DNA of 32,000 nt, taken from contig OX638337.1 of NCBI GenBank assembly GCA_951812855.1, positions 90,001 to 122,000 of the forward strand. Reading direction: 5' to 3'. Source of the DNA: an uncultured Lentisphaeria bacterium (GTDB taxonomy: Bacteria; Verrucomicrobiota; Lentisphaeria; JABSQK01; JAJFLO01). The position numbers and the translations under genes are program-made. The notes under the pieces were generated by a model that searched no databases, was not told the origin of the DNA, and saw only the letters and a program-made list of their open reading frames with translations. Numbering within the stretch: position 1 is the first letter of the stretch; every line of letters starts with the position of its first letter. Positions 8,539 through 17,484 of the stretch are shown here, in pieces.

Positions 8539-9756
8539 ATGTATCAAAGCAATGATCCGATGAAAGCCTATATGCAGGAAATTGGGGTAATTCCATTAAT
8601 TAGTAAAAATGAGGAAATTGAACTGGCTCGCAGAATCAAGCTCGGAGACAATAAAGCAAACCAAAAGTTAATAAAGGCAAATTTACGTTTGGTCGTAAAA
8701 ATTGCACATGACTTTAAAGGACTCGGATTACCTTTATTAGATTTGATTTCAGAAGGAAATATAGGGTTAATGCGTGCTGCAGAAAAATTTGATCCTGCCA
8801 GAGGTGCAAAATTCAGCAGTTACTCAGCATGGTGGATTAAACAGGGGATGCGTCGAGCATTATCACAAAAAAGCAGAACCATAAGGGTTCCCGTCGCATC
8901 AGCCGGGAAAATAAATAAAATACGTGCTGCTAAAATACAGCTCACCGATAAATTTGGCCGTATGCCTACCGACAGTGAAATAGCGGACTGTCTGGATTTA
9001 ACAAAACGTACTGTCCAGGGATTAAAATTAGCGGATTTAAAAACGTTTTCGATGCACGACCCAATCAAAAAAGGTGAAGAAGGCAGTTTTGAAGACATTA
9101 TTCCTGATGCATCTTCAGCAACCCCTGACGATATTATAAAAGATTCAGAGATTTTTCAACGGTTAAAAGGATTAATCCATCGTCTTGAAAAAAGAGAACA
9201 AGTTATTTTAATAATGCGTTACGGGTTGGACGGTAACCGACCTAAAACACTGGAAAGAGTCAGTTTTATTATTGGAAGAACGCGTGAACGAGTCAGACAA
9301 ATTCAGATGCAATCGCTGAAAAAGTTAAAAGCACTGATCGAAGATGAAAATATTGATAATCAAGGTAATTTTCGACAGGTTTCATCTTTTTCCGGCGAAA
9401 ATGGATCTAAAACTAAACATAGTCAAATCGAAAAAAGGAACCTCTTGAGTAAAGCGAAGAGTTTTAGAAAATTAAATCGCCTTACAATGAGGTCACTGCC
9501 AATAATTGAGTCATGTTTCAGTTCGGGTATTAACGAAAAAGACAAACAGGAATTTCTTCAGTCAAATGACGTGCCGATTACCGTACTGAACATTTCCCGA
9601 AGAAGTATTAATGGACTAAATTCAGTTCAAATTAAAACCGTATCACAACTGGCATTACAATCAATTGACGATCTAATGGATATCCGTTATTTTGGTAACA
9701 AGTGTTTGAATGAAGTACAGGACGCTTTAAGAAAATACGTTTATGCAGATGCCTGA
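8539..9756 (+). CDS. RpoD-family sigma-70 factor fused to a C-terminal RNA polymerase alpha-CTD-like helix-hairpin-helix domain
   Basis: Sigma regions: 1.2/2 (YMQEIGVIPLISKNEEIELARRI, LIKANLRLVVKIAHDF, DLISEGNIGLMRAAEKFDPARGAKFSSYSAWWIKQ), 3 (KINKIRAAKIQLTDKFGRMPTDSEIA) and 4 (REQVILIMRYGL...TLERVSFIIGRTRERVRQIQMQSLKKLK). After a ~70-aa linker, the last ~60 aa read ITVLNISRRSINGLNSVQIKTVSQLALQSIDDLMDIRYFGNKCLNEVQDAL. I moved the start to ATG 8539 (GGAGG at 8528-8532, 6-nt spacer) instead of the GTG at 8533. Confidence 0.85.
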   Translation: MYQSNDPMKAYMQEIGVIPLISKNEEIELARRIKLGDNKANQKLIKANLRLVVKIAHDFKGLGLPLLDLISEGNIGLMRAAEKFDPARGAKFSSYSAWWIKQGMRRALSQKSRTIRVPVASAGKINKIRAAKIQLTDKFGRMPTDSEIADCLDLTKRTVQGLKLADLKTFSMHDPIKKGEEGSFEDIIPDASSATPDDIIKDSEIFQRLKGLIHRLEKREQVILIMRYGLDGNRPKTLERVSFIIGRTRERVRQIQMQSLKKLKALIEDENIDNQGNFRQVSSFSGENGSKTKHSQIEKRNLLSKAKSFRKLNRLTMRSLPIIESCFSSGINEKDKQEFLQSNDVPITVLNISRRSINGLNSVQIKTVSQLALQSIDDLMDIRYFGNKCLNEVQDALRKYVYADA

Positions 9757-10685
9757 TTAATTCTATTATTAATCAGCGTAAGCAGTCCATACAAACAGGT
9801 AATATTTGTTACCTCAATAGAATGTTTTCGGGCAATCAATATTGCATTTCCTAAAATTACCTCTATCTCCATTTCTTTTCCTGTTTCGCAGTCAAGCAGC
9901 ATACTGGTCCGATACGGTTTCATTTTTCGCGTGTCGTTGATGTGTTTATGTAAGATTGACACATCAATTTTATGGCCGGAGGCTGCTGCAACTGTTTGAA
10001 TTTCCTGCATAATCTTAAATACTAATTCAGCCGTATTCTCGTTCTCAAGTATCATTTTAGTATCTGCACGCGTCAGAACTGAAATGGTATTAAAAGACGC
10101 ATTCCACAACAGTTTTTTCCATCGCTCTCTGATAATATCCTTAGAAATCGTACACGTGACTCCCGAAGTGTTTAAAATTTCAGCTAAAAATTTAACACTG
10201 TCAGATTCACCCTTCGGATATAATCCTAACGCAAGTCGGCCATAGTCCTGATGATGAATTTGACCCGGTTTTATTCGGGATACGCATATAAAGGCCAGCC
10301 CGCTAATTAAGTCATTGTTCGGGAAATTTTCTTGAATAGCAGTCTCAATTTCAATGCCATTTTGAATCAGTACGATCGCAGTTGATGACGAGATAACGGG
10401 CCGGATCAGTGCTGGAATGTCTATTTCAGGAAGTGCTTTTAAGGTAACGATAACGTAATCAGGACATCCTTTGTACTCTGTTATATCCTTTATTACCTCG
10501 ACAGGTCTATAGTGAAAATCCCCCCAGCTGCTTTTGACCTTGATGCCTTTAGATTTTACGATTTCATAATCAGAACGGCATAATGTTGAAACATGATAAC
10601 CAGCCCGGGCCAATTTACCCCCATAAAATCCACCAACCGCCCCAGTACCTATGATTAAAATTTTTGGTCGTTTAGATGTCGGCAT
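9741..10685 (-). CDS. panE: 2-dehydropantoate 2-reductase (ketopantoate reductase, ApbA/PanE family)
   Basis: N-terminal Rossmann motif KILIIGTGAVGGFYGGKLARAGYHV, with length and overall pattern typical of PanE/ApbA. I moved the start to Met33 of the listed ORF (ATG 10685), because the upstream extension runs deep into argH. The start still overlaps the argH stop by 14 nt. Confidence 0.7.
   Translation of the reverse strand: MPTSKRPKILIIGTGAVGGFYGGKLARAGYHVSTLCRSDYEIVKSKGIKVKSSWGDFHYRPVEVIKDITEYKGCPDYVIVTLKALPEIDIPALIRPVISSSTAIVLIQNGIEIETAIQENFPNNDLISGLAFICVSRIKPGQIHHQDYGRLALGLYPKGESDSVKFLAEILNTSGVTCTISKDIIRERWKKLLWNASFNTISVLTRADTKMILENENTAELVFKIMQEIQTVAAASGHKIDVSILHKHINDTRKMKPYRTSMLLDCETGKEMEIEVILGNAILIARKHSIEVTNITCLYGLLTLINNRINQASA
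9753..9776. other. 9-bp perfect inverted repeat (CTGATTAAT-n6-ATTAATCAG) at the convergent overlap of the sigma gene and the panE-like gene
   Basis: Arms at 9753-9761 and 9768-9776 are exact reverse complements. The left arm contains the sigma stop codon (9754-9756). The whole element lies inside the 3' coding end of the minus-strand gene. Confidence 0.3.
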
Positions 10686-12051
10686 TGAGTTCTGTTTTCC
10701 AAAATTCAATTTGTTTCTTAACCTGTTCACCAGAGGTGCCGCCGGTAATATTTCGAGAGTTAATACTTTTTTCAGGGTCAAAGAGTAACAGACATTCCTC
10801 GTTACACTCCGGAATTAACTCTTTTATCTGATCTAAACTCACCTGATCAAGCGTGATCCCATTCTCCTGACAATATCCGACCAGCGTCCCAACTTTTTTA
10901 TGGGCTGTTCGAAACGGAATATTTCTGTTTACCAGCCATTCTGCTAAATCGGTGGCCATCAAATCAGGATCCGAGGCGGCATTTTTCATAATTGATTCAT
11001 TAACCTTGATGTTCCGGATCATTGGAGCATAGACAGACAATATCAATTTTACAGTATCTATGGCATCAAATAAAGGCTCTTTATCTTCCTGCATATCTCG
11101 ATTATAGCATAAAGGCAGTCCTTTCATCATTGTTAATAATGAAAACAAATCACCGTAAACCCGCCCGGTTTTTCCACGAGTAAGCTCAGCAACATCCGGA
11201 TTTTTCTTTTGAGGCATTAAACTTGATCCGGTACAGAACGTATCACTCAATTCTATGAATGAACATTCCTGACTTACCCAATAAATAACATCTTCAGATA
11301 AACGAGACATGTGCATCATGAAAATTGACAGTGTACTTAAAAATTCGATGAAATAATCACGATCTGATACGGCATCCATGCTATTCCGTGTGACACCGTC
11401 AAACTTTAATAAATCCGCAACCATATCTCGATTAATCAGCAGCGATGTCCCGGCTAATGCACCCGATCCTAACGGTAATTTATTGATGCGTTTGCGGCAA
11501 TCATTGAGTCTGCACCCATCCCGGTGAAACATTTCCGTATAAGCCAGCAAATGATGTGCAAATAATACAGGCTGAGCATGTTGAAGATGGGTAAATCCAG
11601 GCATAATAACATGGAGATGTTTTGCCGCAACATCGACAATACTTAATTTTAACTGGTTGAGAAGATTATTTATTTGATCAATTTCATCACGCAAATATAA
11701 TCGCGTGTCTGTCGCAATCTGATCATTTCGACTCCGGGCTGTATGAATTTTTGCACCCGTATCTCCGAGCCGGTTGATCAATGCGTTTTCGATATTCATA
11801 TGAATATCTTCATACTGCTCATCAAATTGAAACGATCCTGCTTCGATTTCACTTTGAATATTAGTTAATTCTTTGATAATAGAACCAGCATCATTGTCTG
11901 TAATTATCCCACATTCGGCCAGCATCGTGACGTGAGCAATACTTCCAGATATATCATGTGCATACAAACGTTTATCAAATGAGATAGATTCGCTGAATTT
12001 CGCAACCAGATCATCTGTTTTTTGATTAAACCGTCCATCCCATAATGTCAT
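10672..12051 (-). CDS. argH: Argininosuccinate lyase
   Basis: 459 aa. MTLWDGRF N-terminus, TARSRNDQ, and the fumarate-lyase signature GSSLMPQKKNPDVAE. Confidence 0.95.
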   Translation of the reverse strand: MTLWDGRFNQKTDDLVAKFSESISFDKRLYAHDISGSIAHVTMLAECGIITDNDAGSIIKELTNIQSEIEAGSFQFDEQYEDIHMNIENALINRLGDTGAKIHTARSRNDQIATDTRLYLRDEIDQINNLLNQLKLSIVDVAAKHLHVIMPGFTHLQHAQPVLFAHHLLAYTEMFHRDGCRLNDCRKRINKLPLGSGALAGTSLLINRDMVADLLKFDGVTRNSMDAVSDRDYFIEFLSTLSIFMMHMSRLSEDVIYWVSQECSFIELSDTFCTGSSLMPQKKNPDVAELTRGKTGRVYGDLFSLLTMMKGLPLCYNRDMQEDKEPLFDAIDTVKLILSVYAPMIRNIKVNESIMKNAASDPDLMATDLAEWLVNRNIPFRTAHKKVGTLVGYCQENGITLDQVSLDQIKELIPECNEECLLLFDPEKSINSRNITGGTSGEQVKKQIEFWKTELNADI

Positions 12052-12259
12052 TTCTGTTTTTCTCCAGTTATTCTCATATAACGGTGTATTAAATTTATTG
12101 TGCTAATATCTGCGGCAACTAAATATCAGGGAAAATAATAATCAATCTTTAAACCTATATTTTTGAATGATATTTTGCGAATAACGATATTGCACTAAAT
12201 GCATTACTTCTGATGTTAATGTTCTAAACTATAACGCCCAAATTCATCATAAAAACTAT

Positions 12260-13372
12260 ATGAAACTAATTTATTATCTATTGTTTACCGGATTGATTTT
12301 AATCGGCTGCTCAAAAAACAGAGAGGTCATCACAATTACAGAATCACGAGACGCCAATGAAAATGCTGAGTTATTTGTGTCAGCAAGATCAAGTTCTGAA
12401 CGATTCGCCAGTAATTTTGGAAACGACAATCACACTGGCCATGATCATGATCACAGTGGCAATCCGTTTGACTGGGCTCTGCCTGAAGGGTGGCACGAGA
12501 AGCCGGAGACACAGATGCGTTTGATTAATTTAGGCATTGGTTCCAATTTTGATGCAGAATGTTATGTAAGTGTGCTTCAGGGTGCTGGCGGTGGATTGGC
12601 TGCAAATATAAACCGATGGCGTTCACAAATGTTACTTGAACCACTGTCAAATGAGGATATCGCCGGACTGCCTAAGAAAACGCTGCTGGGACAGGACGCT
12701 GTATTTACCAAATTTTCAGGTGCATTCAGGGGAATGGGTGACGACGACTATAAACAGGATTATATGCTTGTCGGACTGATCTTAGAACATAAAGGAATTT
12801 CTATATTTATCAAAATGATTGGTCCTCAAACCGTCTTAGAACACGAATTAGACAACTTCGAGGTATTTTCAAAGTCTCTTAAGCTCAAGGATGTTTCTCA
12901 CAATAACAGCAAACCAAATACACGCTCAGAAATCAAAAAATCCATAGAGTTCACCTGGCAGGTTCCAGGTCATTGGATTGAGCAGGTCGAACAAAAAATG
13001 AGAATGGCAACCTATAAAATCGGACCCGTTCCGAACGCTGAATGCTATGTTGTCATGCTGCCGGGAGATGCCGGAGGAGTTTCCGCGAATATAAATCGTT
13101 GGTTCAAACAAATGGGACATACGATTAATTCAACTCAATTACATGATCATGTCCGGGAAATTGAAATATTGAAATCAGAGGCGAAGCTTGTAGAAATACG
13201 AGGTGACTATACCGATATGTCTGGAGAACATTTTAATGATTTTATGATGATTGGTGTCATTTTCAGTTTTAAAAATTCAATGATATTTATCAAAATGACC
13301 GGGCCGGAATCTATAATTAAAAAAGAACGTCAGAATTTTCTGACATTCTGTAACTCATTTGACGTATTATAA
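12260..13372 (+). CDS. Predicted lipoprotein of unknown function with a His/Asp-rich segment and two tandem copies of a ~140-aa domain
   Basis: Signal peptide plus lipobox (LILIGC, Cys17). HTGHDHDHSG at residues 58-67 (nt 12431-12460). The two repeats are offset by 161 residues and share W..P..W, MR, AECYV, AGG..ANINRW, IFIKM.GP and NF (approx. nt 12467-12883 and 12950-13369). It ends 11 nt upstream of ccsB. Confidence 0.7.
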   Translation: MKLIYYLLFTGLILIGCSKNREVITITESRDANENAELFVSARSSSERFASNFGNDNHTGHDHDHSGNPFDWALPEGWHEKPETQMRLINLGIGSNFDAECYVSVLQGAGGGLAANINRWRSQMLLEPLSNEDIAGLPKKTLLGQDAVFTKFSGAFRGMGDDDYKQDYMLVGLILEHKGISIFIKMIGPQTVLEHELDNFEVFSKSLKLKDVSHNNSKPNTRSEIKKSIEFTWQVPGHWIEQVEQKMRMATYKIGPVPNAECYVVMLPGDAGGVSANINRWFKQMGHTINSTQLHDHVREIEILKSEAKLVEIRGDYTDMSGEHFNDFMMIGVIFSFKNSMIFIKMTGPESIIKKERQNFLTFCNSFDVL

Positions 13373-13383
13373 TAATTTCATCG

Positions 13384-14565
13384 ATGAAAGTCCTAATTAC
13401 ATTTTATAAATTCCTCAGCTCGTTCGGTTTTGCCTGTATCATTCTGATATTATTGATGATTTTAACATTTTTGGGTACATTCGAGCAGGTTGATTATGGT
13501 ATCTATGAGGTACAGCAAAAATATTTCAATTCAATCTTTCTTGTCCACTATCTATTCAATAAATTTCCAATTCCATTACCCGGTGGAGGGTTACTGCTTT
13601 CGCTGCTGTTTATAAATTTAATATTAGGCGGTTTTGTGCGGATCAAAAAGCATCAGTCCAAAGTGGGTATTTTAATTACACATTTTGGAATTGCCCTGAT
13701 TATTGTCAGCAGTTATATCACGTATGCGTTTTCAATTGACGGTTACCTAACCCTGTACGAAAACCAACAATCAGACAAATTTTTAAGTTACTACGAATGG
13801 GAAGTCATGATTGTTGAGCCCACATCAAAATCTCAGTACAGAGAATTCATAATTCCCGGAAAACATTTTAAGCATTTACAAGGGTCCCGAAATCAGCGTT
13901 TCCAATCATCATCACTTCCATTTGATATTGAACTTAAACTGTTTATGCCAAACGCACAACCTCTCCCCAAAGGACCTGTGTTCAATGTATCTGTCCCCGT
14001 AATTGATGGATACTTTTTAAATCAGCTGCGATCCCAAAAGGAAGCCGAACAAAATGTTGCCGGAATTTATATTTCTGTGATCCCTAAAGATGATGACGAA
14101 ATAAAAGAAGGTATCCTCTGGGGTATGGAACGGTTTCCTTATACTGTTGAACTGGATGGAAAAATTTGGTCATTCCATTTACGGCCGCGAAGCTGGCAGC
14201 TCCCGTTTACTGTCAAGTTAGATAAGTTTACCCGGGAATTACATCCCGGCACTGCCATTGCAAAAGTGTTTATGAGTGATATTACCAAAATAGAAGATGG
14301 CGTTTCACAGGAACAGAAAATAACAATGAACGAGCCATTACGACATAAAGGATATACACTGTTTCAAGCCTCGTGGGGACCCGGTAATGCAAAGCCCGGC
14401 GATCCGCTTTTTTCAACCTTTGCTGTTGTTCGTAATCCCGCAGATAAGTACCCGGTTTATGCGTGTATCATAATTTCAGTCGGATTACTCGTCCATTTCC
14501 TACAGAAACTTGTAAAATATATCCGAACTGAAAATCTAAAAATCACCAACAATCTACATAAATAA
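13384..14565 (+). CDS. ccsB: Cytochrome c biogenesis protein, ResB/CcsB (Ccs1) family (System II)
   Basis: ResB-type N-terminus (FLSSFGFACIILILLMILTFLGTFEQ), a large central soluble domain between TM segments, a C-terminal TM, and a NEPLRHKGYTLFQASW segment typical of the family. Immediately followed, after a 4-nt gap, by ccsA. Confidence 0.8.
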   Translation: MKVLITFYKFLSSFGFACIILILLMILTFLGTFEQVDYGIYEVQQKYFNSIFLVHYLFNKFPIPLPGGGLLLSLLFINLILGGFVRIKKHQSKVGILITHFGIALIIVSSYITYAFSIDGYLTLYENQQSDKFLSYYEWEVMIVEPTSKSQYREFIIPGKHFKHLQGSRNQRFQSSSLPFDIELKLFMPNAQPLPKGPVFNVSVPVIDGYFLNQLRSQKEAEQNVAGIYISVIPKDDDEIKEGILWGMERFPYTVELDGKIWSFHLRPRSWQLPFTVKLDKFTRELHPGTAIAKVFMSDITKIEDGVSQEQKITMNEPLRHKGYTLFQASWGPGNAKPGDPLFSTFAVVRNPADKYPVYACIIISVGLLVHFLQKLVKYIRTENLKITNNLHK

Positions 14566-14569
14566 TTTA

Positions 14570-16522
14570 ATGATACATTTTTTAATAATTTCATCTATCC
14601 TTTCAACTCTCACAGGGTATACAAAAACAAATGATTCTCACTGGTATAACGATACGCTTAATAACGCCGCACTCATCGCGATTCAAGATAGCGGAAGAAT
14701 CAAACCACTTGATACCTTTGCCCGATTTCGCCTGTTAAGAATTAACGGACGCCGTGTTCATTATACTGAAAACCGCCGAAAAATGTCAGCAATAGAATGG
14801 CTTTTAGATTGTTTATTTTTCCCTGAAAAAGCAAAATCATATAGAGTATTTTTAGTACAGAATGATGCTGTTCTGGACGCGATCGGTATATCCCGTTTGG
14901 ATAAAAAAAAGAGAGACCGGTATTCCTATATTGAACTTGAATCCGGGAAACGAAAATTATTTGAATTAGCAAGTGAGTTTTCTAAAATCGAAGAGAAAGA
15001 ACGAAATATAATACAGGCACAAACAGTTCATCTTGCTGAAAATATTTCATTATTTGAACTCTTAATCCATTACTTAAAATTTGCTGGATTCAGATATAAC
15101 GTCTTACCGGAAAGCACGTTGTCCCAAGTTTTTTCTGACAAAAATATCGTGTGTTTCAGTGATGTGCTGCACCAATCAAATTTAGTTGTTGAACAATTCA
15201 ACAAATTAAGAGAGAAAAGTACGTCAAATAATGATCCGGTTCTTACTCAGAAATTAGAAGAATATCGAACGTTACTCAACGACATTGATATACTTGGCAG
15301 CCAGGCAGTTGCAATTAGATTATTCCCTCCGGACAAACCGCGTGACCTGGAAAAGGAATGGCTGACACCATCTGATTTAGTCGCATTAAAATTTTTTCAC
15401 AGTAACAAACTGGATACCTATATTAATCTGATTTCAACGATAGAAAAACTTGTTGCCCATAAGAATGAACCGGATAAATTCAACGATTTATTTACTGGAT
15501 TCTTAAACGAATTAAGTAAACTCTCCATTGCTCGGGGAGAATATAAAAAGATACCTTTGGAGGTGTTTTTTTATAAAAGTCAGAGCTTCTACTACAGCCT
15601 CATCATTTTTGTCTTCAGTTTTATTTTCATTGCCCTGTCATGGTTAAAACCAAATGTTCCGTTCCTAAGTAAGCCGGGATTGGTATTAGTTTCCGTTGCA
15701 ACAATTCTGCTGACGTTCGGTATTACCCTGCGTTGTGTGATACGGGCTCGTCCCCCGGTAAGTACCTTATATGAATCAATTCTCTTCATCACGGTTGTTG
15801 CGGTATTGGTTTCATTATTCATTGAGTTTGTCAACCGCCAGAAAGCAGCACTGGCAACTGCACCGGTACTGGGAATGATTGGCCTTTTCTTAGCGAATAA
15901 ATTTGAGGTAAAACAAGGTGAAGACACCATGACAAGCCTGGTCGCCGTGTTAGATTCTAATTTTTGGCTTTCTACACATGTCACGACAATAACAATCGGT
16001 TATGCAGCCGGGCTTCTTGCCGGAGCGATTGCCCATGTTTATCTTATACTTCGGCTCGTGAAATATAAGAATAATGATCCCACAGCCTTTCGTAATTTAA
16101 CGCGAATGGTTTACGGAGTGATATGTTTCGGCCTGTTTTTTTCCGTTATCGGTACAATCCTGGGTGGAATTTGGGCAAATGACAGCTGGGGCAGATTTTG
16201 GGGCTGGGATCCAAAGGAAAATGGCGCATTATTGATTGTGCTGTGGGAACTGACAATTTTGCACGGTCGGATGGGGGGCTATATTCGTGAACTGGGTATC
16301 AATTTAGCCGCTATATTCGGTGGCTGTATTATCGCATTTTCCTGGTGGGGTGTAAATCTTCTTGGAGTCGGATTACACAGCTACGGATGGACAAGTGGCG
16401 TTTTTACCGCACTTTCAGCATTTTATATAACTGAATTTTTAATTATCCTGTTTATTGGTGGATGGCTTAAACTGACAGAGGTATTTGTTATACAGAAAAA
16501 AGGTCATACGCCGGCAGCATAA
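14570..16522 (+). CDS. ccsA: Cytochrome c biogenesis protein CcsA/ResC, long form with a ~330-aa N-terminal domain
   Basis: C-terminal polytopic domain with the tryptophan-rich haem-handling motif WANDSWGRFWGWDPKENGALL and flanking TM histidines. The N-terminal part contains GRIKPLDTFARF, which I recall from long-form CcsA proteins. Confidence 0.85.
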   Translation: MIHFLIISSILSTLTGYTKTNDSHWYNDTLNNAALIAIQDSGRIKPLDTFARFRLLRINGRRVHYTENRRKMSAIEWLLDCLFFPEKAKSYRVFLVQNDAVLDAIGISRLDKKKRDRYSYIELESGKRKLFELASEFSKIEEKERNIIQAQTVHLAENISLFELLIHYLKFAGFRYNVLPESTLSQVFSDKNIVCFSDVLHQSNLVVEQFNKLREKSTSNNDPVLTQKLEEYRTLLNDIDILGSQAVAIRLFPPDKPRDLEKEWLTPSDLVALKFFHSNKLDTYINLISTIEKLVAHKNEPDKFNDLFTGFLNELSKLSIARGEYKKIPLEVFFYKSQSFYYSLIIFVFSFIFIALSWLKPNVPFLSKPGLVLVSVATILLTFGITLRCVIRARPPVSTLYESILFITVVAVLVSLFIEFVNRQKAALATAPVLGMIGLFLANKFEVKQGEDTMTSLVAVLDSNFWLSTHVTTITIGYAAGLLAGAIAHVYLILRLVKYKNNDPTAFRNLTRMVYGVICFGLFFSVIGTILGGIWANDSWGRFWGWDPKENGALLIVLWELTILHGRMGGYIRELGINLAAIFGGCIIAFSWWGVNLLGVGLHSYGWTSGVFTALSAFYITEFLIILFIGGWLKLTEVFVIQKKGHTPAA

Positions 16523-16629
16523 TACGATTAATTACGATCTTAATTCGTGCGAAAAATCGGACCCGGGAATCGTCTGGTATCTCACCGGATCAGTCATAAT
16601 GATATAAACTGCAAAAAATATAACAATAA

Positions 16630-17484
16630 ATGATAGATATTTTCTACAAATTAACATTATCATTCTCTGTTATCAGCATGCTTTTATTTGTTTGGTATAG
16701 CTATGGTAAAAACCGAATGATATTCACGATATCAACCATTGCCTCAATCTTCTCATTCCTTTCCTTATCAATTGTTTTAATAATAAAATTGAAATTAAAT
16801 TATGGATTGACCATTTTAGGCATCGATGGGACACGATATCTAATATTATCATGGGTTATCATGTTTATATACTATACGGCACAATATCGGTATAAGATCC
16901 GTCTCCTGGGTTCCATTATTATACCCGTTGCGTCAATGCTTATTATTATGTCTACATTCAGCACCGGGCATACCCCCGGAATACCAATTCAGTTTAGCAG
17001 CCTGTCTACATTTTCCCATGTTACCCTCGTTTTTATCGGGTTGGGACTGCTGTTCCTTTCATTTGCTGCATCTCTATTGTATTTGATAAAATTTAACGCA
17101 TTAAAAAAACATCGTGCTTCTGCACTTGATGAGCGTTTACCGTCGTTGCCGGATATTGAGAAAATAATCGAATCCACTTTCAATGGAGGATATCCCATTT
17201 TTACGCTTGGATTAATACTTGGAATATTATATGCCGGTACTATTCTGAAAGCGGGCTGGTTTGACGATACAAAGATTATCTCGGGAGTGATAAACTGGAG
17301 TATTTATTCGATACTGTTTTTACTTAAACACACCCATGTCCTGAAAAGCCGGATGTTCGCAAAAGGTATCATCTTATTATTTATTTTTATTTCTGCATCA
17401 TTCACCTTTTCAAAGCATGAAATGCTGAATGAAAAAAGTTTAACCGGGCAATCTCCGATTGATATAGAAGGAGTGCAGCAATGA
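16630..17484 (+). CDS. CcsA-family (cytochrome c assembly protein family) membrane protein, HemX-like
   Basis: 284 aa with ~8 predicted TM segments. The CcsA-like C-terminal half has a degenerate Trp-rich region (AGWFDDTKIISGVINW). Its stop overlaps the hemA start by 4 nt (ATGA at 17481-17484). Linkage of a CcsA-like protein with hemA is known from Bacillus hemAX. Confidence 0.65.
   Translation: MIDIFYKLTLSFSVISMLLFVWYSYGKNRMIFTISTIASIFSFLSLSIVLIIKLKLNYGLTILGIDGTRYLILSWVIMFIYYTAQYRYKIRLLGSIIIPVASMLIIMSTFSTGHTPGIPIQFSSLSTFSHVTLVFIGLGLLFLSFAASLLYLIKFNALKKHRASALDERLPSLPDIEKIIESTFNGGYPIFTLGLILGILYAGTILKAGWFDDTKIISGVINWSIYSILFLLKHTHVLKSRMFAKGIILLFIFISASFTFSKHEMLNEKSLTGQSPIDIEGVQQ

Noticed and set aside
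12150-12185. TGAAT...ATTTT sequence in the argH upstream region, considered as an ARG box (ArgR operator).
   Set aside because: Only one half-site-like pentamer is present, and the palindromic partner is missing.
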